Source of the DNA: a virus
Lineage: Duplodnaviria > Caudoviricetes
Strand: one strand, 5' to 3'
Length of the DNA: 30,663 bases
IMG/VR virus record: IMGVR_UViG_3300025353_000016
Location: 1-30,663 of that record
In this document: piece after piece, positions 17,301-23,650 of the stretch
How the letters are laid out: every line of letters starts with the position of its first letter
Numbering within the stretch: position 1 is the stretch's first letter
Notes under the pieces: generated by a model
Database searches by the model: none
Told to the model about the DNA's origin: nothing
The model's input: only the letters and a program-made list of their open reading frames with translations
Position numbers and translations under genes: made by a program

Positions 17301-20300
17301 GCAGTGGGATGTTTGATTTTGGCGGATTGCAAGGGTGGTTTGGTGATAATGGGATAGGCATCACGCCTTATGTGAAAGATGCCCTTAGTACAATACTGCA
17401 TGAATTGACACATGCTGTACAAAAACATGAAAAATGGGCGTCAGGTGGTAATGCTGATTCTGTCATAAATAATTTACCAGAGCATGAAATTATGGCTTTG
17501 GTAAAAAAAGCATTTGACAATGCAAGTAAAAATTTACAAGAAACTACACGGATAGTTGATACATTAGAATTTTTAAAGAAAAATCCAGTTGCTGAAAATT
17601 TCATTAAAACGGAAGAAATAGCAGCAAAGGCTGGTCGTGAATGGCGTGATAAAGGTCGGAAAAGTAATGATAAATATGATATTGCCTACACAGATGCATT
17701 AGAAGCGGAAAAAAATGCCGAGAAAAAATTAACCGAAGAATTAATAAAATATGATGATAGTTATAAGCATTTTGGAAAGCTTTATGAAATTAAGAAAGCA
17801 TTACGAGCTGGTATTGATGAATCGTTAAAAAAATATTTAAACATTTTTTTAACAGAAACAGAAGATGTGCTTGGCATACAAACAGGCGATAAAAATGTAA
17901 TTAAAAAATATGTGGACACAAATGGGCTTTACAAACGGTTAGCGGGTGAAACCGAAGCCCGTAATGTGCAATCACGCATGAGGATGACGGAAAAAGAACG
18001 GGGCGAATCTAAACCGTGGGAAACCCAAGAATACCCTGACGCTGAACAATTCGTGCTTAGGGAAAGCCAGCCTGACATGCTGTACAGCAAGAACGGTGAT
18101 GTGGTGGCGTTCTACAACCCGAAGGACGACACGACTTATTTTGTGGCGGACAACATCAGCAAACACGCCACGGACAGCCATTTGTTGGGCTTGGTGCTGC
18201 ATGAGGTGGGTGTCCATGCCCTGAACATGGGTAAGAACAATTCTGATTTCAGGCTGTTGCTGAGACGCTTTGAGGGGATGCAGAAGAACAACCCGGCCGT
18301 TAAGGCGGCGTTTGCACGGGCGAAAGAAGCGGGTACGCCTGACGAACACATGACAGAAGAGGCATTGGCGTATTTCTTGGAGGCGAACCCGAAGGCTAAC
18401 CTTGCACAACGGGTGATGGAGATGTTCCGGCAGTTTGTGCGGGCTATCGGCAACACGCTGAAGGGCATGGACAAGTTGAAGTTCATGAAGTGGGCGAATG
18501 CGCTGACGGAGCAGGAGCTTCGCAATATGGCAATGAAGGCGTTGCGCGGCGCACCGGACAGTTTGCAGTTCGACAATGCGGGGAGGCAGTCGGGTAATGC
18601 AATGGCAACCGAACCGGCGGCAAGGTTCTATTCGTCTTTGAAGCGGGCGATTGGGAGCGCGCCGGCTAAGGTGTTCGGCAATGCCAACCAAGTGAAGTTG
18701 TGGCTGGCGGGGAACTCGGCTAAGTTTGATGTGAAAAAGGATGAGATTTACTGGAGCGGCATCAATGACTGGCTTGACATGCAGGATAAGGTGACACGGG
18801 GAGATGTGGAAGCTTTCTTGGCGGCTAATGGGGTTAGGGTTGAGGATGTGGTGCTGGGCAGAAAGTTCGGCGACCTTAGCAAGGAAGAAATGAATAGGTT
18901 TGACTATTTGTTGGCTAAATCAGAAGAAGATAGGACAGTAGATGAAGAGAACGAACTTCGTATACTTTCAGAAAAGCATTGGGACACATCAAAATACAAC
19001 ATGGAAAAACTGACATTGCTCGGTGGAAAGGATTACAAAGAGCTGGTGGTGACAATCCCCACGGTTGAGAAGTATAACGAGGATGACAGCTACCATTTTG
19101 GCGATGTGGGCAAAGGCAAACAGATTGCTTGGCTGAGGCTTAACACGCGCACCGATGGGCAAGGGCGCAGGGTGTTGTTCTTGGAGGAAGTGCAAAGCCA
19201 GCGCGGGGCGGATGGGCGGAAAAATGGGTTTGTATCGCCTATGACGGATGCTGAAATTAAACAAAGGGGTGATGGTGTCCATCCTGCACCGTTCATTACC
19301 GATGCCAACAACAAGGCCACGAATGCCTATATCAGCCTGTTGATGAAGAAGGCAATCAGTGAAGCCATTGACAACGGGCAGGGGGTAGTGGCTTGGACGA
19401 CGGGCGGGCAACAGGCAGACAGGTATAATTTGAGCAAGCATTTCGATTCTGTCATGTACAAAGAATCGAATGGCAGGTTGATGGCGTTTAATGGTTCGTC
19501 TACCGTGATTAAAAAAAACGGTGTCCGCCCTGATGAACTTGCCGGTTATTTGGGCAATGAAATTGCCGACAAGCTGCTTAATTCGCCATTGAACCAAGAG
19601 GGGGCGCACCATATTGAAGGGGATGATTTAAAAACCCAACCGGCTTGGACACAGGCCATGTACGGTGACGGGAACGGCATGAACGTGCAGGGCAAGCCGT
19701 CTTTGGTGATGCAGGCGGCGATGGAGATTGCCCGCAGGATGGGCGGCATGGTGGGTAGTGTGGACATTGGGCATGGGATGCAGCCAGCCTTGATTATCAC
19801 GCCCAAGATGCGGCAGAAGGTGCTGGATGAGGGGATGCCGTTGTTTGCCAAGTCTGCCAATATCAACCAACACCTAGCCCCGAACGGCGAGCCTTCCAAC
19901 CTGAATGCGGAAAGCGACACGGGGGCGTTTTCTGCTGAGGACAACGACATCCGTTACAGCAAGCTGTCTGATTCGATGGCTAACCTTGCCGAGGCGGCGA
20001 CGGGCTTCATTGAAAACCGCAAGGACAATCCGAAGGTGTTCAACCTATGGCATAGGACGGTGGGCTCTCAGCCGCACAAGGCGACGGTGGATGAGCATTA
20101 CAAGGCGGTGGTGGATAAGTCGATGGATTACGAGGAGGACGCGGCGCGGTTCATGAACGAGCAGGCGGACGAAGCCCCGTTGTGGTTGCCGAAGCTTGAC
20201 ACGCTGGGCGACACGGCAAACGAGCTGGTGAAGCGCAGGGCGTGGAAGCGGCTGAAGGATGCCAAGGCAGTCAGTAAGGCCATTTTTGACACGACGCTGA

Positions 20301-22528
20301 ATGACAAGCCGATGACGGATGCGGAACTGGTGCGTGACGGTTATACGCCCATGCAGGTGGCGATGTACCACCAGTTTTTTGCGGCGGTGAACCGGAGCAT
20401 GGATGACTTGGCAAAGTCGGAGATGTTCCGCATGGGGCGGGTGATGAAGCTGTTGCCTGCCAGCCGTGACATGGATTTGATGGATACCGCACACCACTAT
20501 GCCAGTCAAGTGGCGGATGCCGAGAAAGCGGCGGCTTTCATGGCTAAGGCGGCAACCATCCTGAAGCTGCAAAAGCAGGGCTACGCGCCGTTGATGCGGT
20601 TCGGCAGGTACACGTTGGATGTCAAGGAAACGTTGCCCGGTGGCGATGAAAAGCGGGTGTTTTTCGGCATGTTTGAAACGGTGTCGGAAATGAACCAGAT
20701 GGCGCGGGCGTTCCGTGAAACAGACCCGAACTACACCGTGACAACTGGAACAATGTCGCAAAAAAGCTGGAAGCTGTTCAGTGGCGTGACACCGGAAACG
20801 ATGGAGGTGTTTGCCAACATGATGGGCGTTGAGCAGGACAAGGCGTTTCAGGAATATTTGAAGATGGCGGTAAACAACCGTTCGGCCTTGAAGCGGCTGA
20901 TACACCGCAAGAAAATGCCGGGGTTTTCGCAAGACGCACAACGGGTGTTGGCCTCGTTCATTCAAAGCAATGCCAAGATGTCAGCCAAGAACATGCACCT
21001 TGGCGATATGGTGCAAGCCATTTCTGCCATACCCAAGGAAAAGGGTGATGTGATAGATGAGGCGATGGACTTGTACGACTATGTGCAGAACCCGTCAGAT
21101 CAGGGCGCGGGCATACGCAATGTGCTGTTTGCGTGGTATTTGGGCGGTTCGGTGGCTTCTGCGATGGTAAACCTGACACAAACCTTAACCACCACCAGCC
21201 CGTATTTGTTGCAGTACGGAAATACAAAACAAGTGGGTGCTATCCTGTCCAAGGCGATGAGGCTGGCGGCGCAAAGAACAGGTGACATAGGCGGCGAATT
21301 GGGCGCGGCACTGAAGCTGGCGGACGAGGAAGGCATCACCGCACCACACGAAACGCACATGATGGCGAGCGAGTCACGGCGCACGGGCGGCATGTTGCAG
21401 TCGCAAATGCTGAGGCCGCTGACTAAGGCTTGGGGTTCGCTGTTTTCGCTGGCTGAGGCGTATAACCGCAAGGTGGCGTTCATAGCCGCCTACCAGTTGG
21501 CGAAAGCCACCAACAAGCCGGATGCGTTCGGGTTTGCGCGGCAAGCGGTGAACGACACGCAATTTGTCTACAACAAGACGGCGCGGCCCAATTGGTCACG
21601 CGGTACGGTGGGTTCGATGCTGTTCACGTTCAAGACGTTCACGGTTAATTACATTGAGTTTTTGGTGCGTTTGCCGCCAAAAGAGCGGGTTATTGCCTTG
21701 GGTGTGCTGTTGGTGCTGTCCGGTTTGGGCGGTATGCCCGGTGCGGACGATGCGGACGATGTGATAGACACATTGGGGCAGTCGTTGGGTTACAACACAA
21801 ACGCAAAGGAATGGAAAGAAGATGTGCTGTCAGACATGTTCGGAAAGACAATAGCCGATGCGGCCTTGCATGGCGTGTCCGCCGGATTGCCGTTTGATGT
21901 GTCGCAACGGTTGGGCGTGGGTAATGTGTTCCCCGCCACCGGACTGCTGAAGCGTTCCGAAACTGACAAGACAAGGCAGGTGATGGAACTGGCGGGGCCG
22001 GTGGGTGGCTTGCTGGAAAAAGGCATCGACGCATGGGGCGCGGCACAAACCCGCAAAGACGCGGCACACAAAGCCGCCGCCATGCTTAAGGCAGGTATGC
22101 CCAAGGCGTTTGCAGACGCTTGGCAAGCGTTGGATATGCTGAACACGGGGCAATACAGCGACGCACGGGGTCGCAAGGTGGCGGACACCAATGGCATTGA
22201 TGCGTTGTCCAAGTTCTTGGGATTCCAGCCCACTGATGTGGCGGAAAAACGCCGTGAGGACAGGTACAAAAATCAAGCGGTGCAGCTTACTAAAGCGGTG
22301 GAGGGCGACATTGCCTCGCTATGGGCGGCTGGCATGAACGAGAAAAAGCTTGAGAAAGTGCAGGAAGCCAAGGATTTGCTGAAAGACTGGAACGAAAAGA
22401 ACCCTGAAACGCCTATCAGGATTAGCCATTCGCAAATTGTCCGGCGGGTTAAGCAAATGAAGATGACGGCGCACCAAAGGCTGTTAAAATCCACGCCAAA
22501 AGAGCTGCGTAACTTTGTGGGCGGTTAA
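11363..22528 (+). CDS. Giant polyvalent virion/ejection protein (3721 aa) with Dam-like N6-MTase, LPD23-like region, two zincin-type peptidase motifs, PLxRFG and LPD39-like C-terminus
   Basis: Uninterrupted ORF. Motifs: FKGNK, DWFGGGG (within 15683-15706), GDLN, DPPY (16325-16336); 'TGWFYGADKQWRYEIGD'; HELTH (17399-17413); HEVGVH (18200-18217); GYAPLMRFG (PLMRFG at 20588-20605); 'WYLGGSVASAMVNLTQ'. Confidence 0.85.
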   Translation: MAIDLNYARQINPSLSGKSDEELMQDARRRGYTGDFVGLKPEEPKPEEAGDFRSYVSIPMLKGVSDASSLASMGLNALGADKVSHLLEESNRRVNDTLTARQSQAAQEDAQKTIEDKDGNYGGYNLGTAIQDISGSVPGMVTMMAPGYGLAHVATGMAKAAKLGEGIAKIASTGVLGKGLAEGVASHINPAHISTAIGSAAGFSASEGIYSGASNAAQVQDEIRQTPLDKLAEHPMFKDVYHNETDKNLSPEERLYQTRDILSKKAANDVFAKTAIRTGLISMATGGGAMGLLRNRAVNGTEDGLLKTIGKGFATEGLQEGLQSAWEQRVMNEARRDYANPNQDVNEGVTNAGIQGGIAGGVMGASMGGGAHLLQPKKTEDAGKQDADNSETPQNSQSGHYKPVTKDTIVFDDGSQINAHEFYQDRLAEHGDPVKAKREMYMALNGNPKPVIGIPNLIATADGTLHNRNELIKGFTENGASEQDGLDFVKKIIEIPLKERTNKIIHGMYFKALNDALMKITYAPSTSENNTKTTESNADHEATQRARENGKFIFKINQGTSENNAETTKPAPVAEAAQGSAGEHKDATGGQAEFTPTHELNDGTPVIKTDENTYVDQHGEEWKADDATPIEPEKPKLVKFRNKANGMLVHISQDELDSGKDKLNGYKARNGEPLKIPVRREDLVPEETNNPSNEATTTTENTDEKAKSTSESADASEGQKGSLLMDAAPVQAGAETKPVDAQAQALFDIYLKDGPNTAHGYYNKIVKEKKLSKAAAAILHEKFVDLVNKNRKEYEHNGTRIYDDARGIKHYVETSENRERRLKGEHGIGGDAVFFNLYEARKYADQQNAEEAEASKRKKEQDKKQAEQDKKDAEKKAEMQDIDGFGENLKPHVKATVVKRLSERMNIGGVTDTLKNHVKRLVDNGATTQVHEEHKIKDKSRNERNRMTNEEQDEFNKKQKLAGVKHNYTVGDINLGKIAYDYANHLIAKKQAETKPVDIKPETKPNNEPVIMGQDKPHELTEKEKLDAELDDVLSELGDYFRDLNSFKAVPEHDDVKLFPIMVKLIDVAIMKGYYQFKDAAKYALDIIRAKFGNDAADSIQIEQLHGAYIAVHKKYLGLGANKPSDVLGVEHIDEINKHKAVNHSEKPKPKENIIENKPGSLNEKTGNEKNKTETTGINDGDHTGNTLSENNIGEIIRKLAHPIAETFIGMGHLKASEMLNRLAKENHLTGDAIEKLKARVNYLVNTEKSKIIVGNRFGLPIFEGKNLVAWINGFINKGNMSFPSDEIIKIARKKRLKGKTKLYRVKTNNENDGRLQLWTKSKEQADAWAEKSKGEVIEKTFVPSQSLLDYSRIDKKRNEVIVIYGSAKNYINDVGKINTDATHNVDANDSSKLAAKNAFDKDSDIAMGIPTFKGNKRTMLSMAVNALNALAHRLDITHIDDWFGGGGMWSTSLANAVLPNVKTIRIGDLNPLRIKRIEWMHERGDKFYEDLKRTGALDVYRKLLEEFRLNKVTVKEDGVDVQKSKPIVSPSALADIVDALEGTGKIINAASIRAWTSGADKLSEEGKVLLSALGDLAFNNRRLKIHEPSNMVLPDGTVADQFLAKVITEMAAAHKQAQVFKKRGGSYEYLPAASSYDTVASKGIKGKHVLSLVDPPYYNTTGYKGTDDFSTGDKWNAEGYQKTYDLLKTLVANENHILYTDEAWWRKTDQLGDVQQANGILKNINDLISHLKVAPNKIGDRYEQLGIHDPNTGRRSNDGGNSGEVYARGGSKGTDGQRNEHSVLHSEGTLAGRTGSESGSPAESVENKGGQSDVFNPLFSKSQKVANPHGTASLREALSRAMDRVFGAGWFGRLEATGKFKVISRADAVKLIGNHIKPSFAGESAIGADTKALEKAKALLAQGLSRDAIHDETGWFYGADKQWRYEIGDEGASLKMPIDQLEESKNFQPDIPYRLGDVVDHPKLFSAYPHLADIPLVKRSGMFDFGGLQGWFGDNGIGITPYVKDALSTILHELTHAVQKHEKWASGGNADSVINNLPEHEIMALVKKAFDNASKNLQETTRIVDTLEFLKKNPVAENFIKTEEIAAKAGREWRDKGRKSNDKYDIAYTDALEAEKNAEKKLTEELIKYDDSYKHFGKLYEIKKALRAGIDESLKKYLNIFLTETEDVLGIQTGDKNVIKKYVDTNGLYKRLAGETEARNVQSRMRMTEKERGESKPWETQEYPDAEQFVLRESQPDMLYSKNGDVVAFYNPKDDTTYFVADNISKHATDSHLLGLVLHEVGVHALNMGKNNSDFRLLLRRFEGMQKNNPAVKAAFARAKEAGTPDEHMTEEALAYFLEANPKANLAQRVMEMFRQFVRAIGNTLKGMDKLKFMKWANALTEQELRNMAMKALRGAPDSLQFDNAGRQSGNAMATEPAARFYSSLKRAIGSAPAKVFGNANQVKLWLAGNSAKFDVKKDEIYWSGINDWLDMQDKVTRGDVEAFLAANGVRVEDVVLGRKFGDLSKEEMNRFDYLLAKSEEDRTVDEENELRILSEKHWDTSKYNMEKLTLLGGKDYKELVVTIPTVEKYNEDDSYHFGDVGKGKQIAWLRLNTRTDGQGRRVLFLEEVQSQRGADGRKNGFVSPMTDAEIKQRGDGVHPAPFITDANNKATNAYISLLMKKAISEAIDNGQGVVAWTTGGQQADRYNLSKHFDSVMYKESNGRLMAFNGSSTVIKKNGVRPDELAGYLGNEIADKLLNSPLNQEGAHHIEGDDLKTQPAWTQAMYGDGNGMNVQGKPSLVMQAAMEIARRMGGMVGSVDIGHGMQPALIITPKMRQKVLDEGMPLFAKSANINQHLAPNGEPSNLNAESDTGAFSAEDNDIRYSKLSDSMANLAEAATGFIENRKDNPKVFNLWHRTVGSQPHKATVDEHYKAVVDKSMDYEEDAARFMNEQADEAPLWLPKLDTLGDTANELVKRRAWKRLKDAKAVSKAIFDTTLNDKPMTDAELVRDGYTPMQVAMYHQFFAAVNRSMDDLAKSEMFRMGRVMKLLPASRDMDLMDTAHHYASQVADAEKAAAFMAKAATILKLQKQGYAPLMRFGRYTLDVKETLPGGDEKRVFFGMFETVSEMNQMARAFRETDPNYTVTTGTMSQKSWKLFSGVTPETMEVFANMMGVEQDKAFQEYLKMAVNNRSALKRLIHRKKMPGFSQDAQRVLASFIQSNAKMSAKNMHLGDMVQAISAIPKEKGDVIDEAMDLYDYVQNPSDQGAGIRNVLFAWYLGGSVASAMVNLTQTLTTTSPYLLQYGNTKQVGAILSKAMRLAAQRTGDIGGELGAALKLADEEGITAPHETHMMASESRRTGGMLQSQMLRPLTKAWGSLFSLAEAYNRKVAFIAAYQLAKATNKPDAFGFARQAVNDTQFVYNKTARPNWSRGTVGSMLFTFKTFTVNYIEFLVRLPPKERVIALGVLLVLSGLGGMPGADDADDVIDTLGQSLGYNTNAKEWKEDVLSDMFGKTIADAALHGVSAGLPFDVSQRLGVGNVFPATGLLKRSETDKTRQVMELAGPVGGLLEKGIDAWGAAQTRKDAAHKAAAMLKAGMPKAFADAWQALDMLNTGQYSDARGRKVADTNGIDALSKFLGFQPTDVAEKRREDRYKNQAVQLTKAVEGDIASLWAAGMNEKKLEKVQEAKDLLKDWNEKNPETPIRISHSQIVRRVKQMKMTAHQRLLKSTPKELRNFVGG
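13470..13535 (+). CDS. Candidate nested +1-frame basic peptide MKKQKAPAKAPMPAKGKKDRC
   Basis: GGAG at 13459-13462 with a 7-nt spacer. It lies in a low-complexity linker of the giant gene. Confidence 0.4.
   Translation: MKKQKAPAKAPMPAKGKKDRC
16590..16781 (+). CDS. Candidate nested +1-frame gene (63 aa) overprinted on the linker after the MTase domain
   Basis: The sequence is globular-looking and amphipathic with gene-like codons, while the host frame is a G/S/R/E-rich linker. AGG lies 8 nt upstream. Confidence 0.55.
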   Translation: MSNLESMTPTPEGAAMMAAIAAKFTQEEALKELTDNEMNIVYFIPKEHWPDGLEAKVEALLNR

Positions 22529-23211
22529 TCGCCTACTGTGGCGTTGTGCCATGCCCTGATATGTTCGCTGGGCTTTTTGCGTAGTTCCATCCTCAGCAGT
22601 CGGTTAACATCCGCTGCGCCGTATGTTGCGTGATAGTCGGATTCCGGATTGCTTCTGTTCAGGTTGGTTTCAATCTGGCGGGTGAATTCTGATTGCTTCG
22701 CCTTGTTAAACGGGTATTGCAACCGTGCTATCCGCTTGGCTCTTAGGGCGGCCGGGAAAAAATAGTGGGTGTTTTTGGAAACATCAAGCCCCAACGTTTG
22801 CGCCGCGCTCAACCGCGCCTCTTTTCGCATTAGGGTTTCGGGTGGGTTAGGTTTAACGGCTTGTCTCATGCCGTAGGGCAACAGGGTGTAATAACATCTT
22901 TGGTTGTATTCATCCAATGCTAAAACAAGTTCAGTCAATGTCCATTTTTTTGAACGTTCTTCTAACCACTTACTAAGATAGTTTATTTCTATGCACAAGT
23001 CGTCCCTGAATTTAAGTGACAGGCTGTCGATGTGTTTATCCTGAACTTTCGGGTTGATGTAATGGGCAAGTTTTGCGGCCTTTTCAGGTGTGATTTTTTT
23101 ATTTCTCGCCCAGTAATCCCAATCTATCAAGCCGCCCAAGCCGCCATTGATTAAACACTCTTTAACGCCGCTGACTTCTTCCGGCTTTCCATCAGGCAGC
23201 AAATTGTTCAT
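22525..23211 (-). CDS. Convergent accessory (moron-like) hypothetical protein (228 aa)
   Basis: This is the only long ORF in the gap, and its stop shares TTAA with the giant gene's stop. 'IDWDYWARNKKITPEKAAKLAHYINP' resembles a motif in uncharacterised prophage proteins. Confidence 0.7.
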   Translation of the reverse strand: MNNLLPDGKPEEVSGVKECLINGGLGGLIDWDYWARNKKITPEKAAKLAHYINPKVQDKHIDSLSLKFRDDLCIEINYLSKWLEERSKKWTLTELVLALDEYNQRCYYTLLPYGMRQAVKPNPPETLMRKEARLSAAQTLGLDVSKNTHYFFPAALRAKRIARLQYPFNKAKQSEFTRQIETNLNRSNPESDYHATYGAADVNRLLRMELRKKPSEHIRAWHNATVGD

Positions 23212-23264
23212 TGGATTTTATATTTTTTAGGTGTGAATATGTGGTAGGCCGTCAGGGTTTTCAT
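23208..23264 (-). CDS. Candidate 18-aa leader ORF MKTLTAYHIFTPKKYKIQ coupled to the 228-aa gene
   Basis: The minus strand reads AAGGAAACCCAAC-ATG, and its TGA overlaps the downstream ATG (ATGA). Confidence 0.4.
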   Translation of the reverse strand: MKTLTAYHIFTPKKYKIQ

Positions 23265-23381
23265 GTTGGGTTTCCTTGGTGGTTTATGGATGTTTGATTT
23301 TAATATGCTTTGCGGTAAATAGTTGGTTTTTTTGTGAATTGATGTAAAATCATTATGTAGTTTTTATTGTCGGGAGACATT

Positions 23382-23462
23382 ATGAAAAGATTGTTTTTAT
23401 GGGCTTTTATGTCCTTTTTTTGGGTTTCCACACTCTTGTGTTTCTCAGGGGTGGGCTTATGA
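23382..23462 (+). CDS. Unannotated 26-aa hydrophobic peptide MKRLFLWAFMSFFWVSTLLCFSGVGL
   Basis: SD GGGAG inside the repeated hairpin, a single-TM-like sequence, and a stop overlapping ATG 23459 (ATGA). Confidence 0.5.
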   Translation: MKRLFLWAFMSFFWVSTLLCFSGVGL

Positions 23463-23650
23463 ACCATGACAGCTTTTTTGGGTGGGCATCCACGGCAATC
23501 GTTTCTGGGTGGTTGGTGCTAATTGACCACACCGAACATTTTTTGACCACCAACGGGCAGCTAATAGCGTTGGTCTGCACGATTATCAGCTCAAGCTGCA
23601 CCTTCCTTAATTATAGGATAAATGCAAAACGCATGGAAGGTGAAAAATGA
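23459..23650 (+). CDS. Small holin-like membrane protein (63 aa; start 23459 preferred over 23399)
   Basis: Two hydrophobic segments and a charged C-terminal tail 'NYRINAKRMEGEK'. ATGA coupling at both ends. Confidence 0.55.
   Translation: MNHDSFFGWASTAIVSGWLVLIDHTEHFLTTNGQLIALVCTIISSSCTFLNYRINAKRMEGEK

Noticed and set aside
20045-20965. 306-aa minus-strand ORF (and the 239-aa and 207-aa ORFs at 17972-18691 and 18989-19612)
   Set aside because: These are H/R/L-rich antisense shadows of a strongly biased sense gene, with no motifs recognised.
23281-23370. Specific sigma70 promoter calls (e.g. TTGGTT-16-TAAAAT)
   Set aside because: The AT-rich sequence gives several weak matches, and none can be singled out.
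23399-23458. ORF-track N-terminal extension of the holin-like gene
   Set aside because: ATG 23399 lacks an SD. The 26-aa ORF plus ATGA coupling at 23459 explains the region better.
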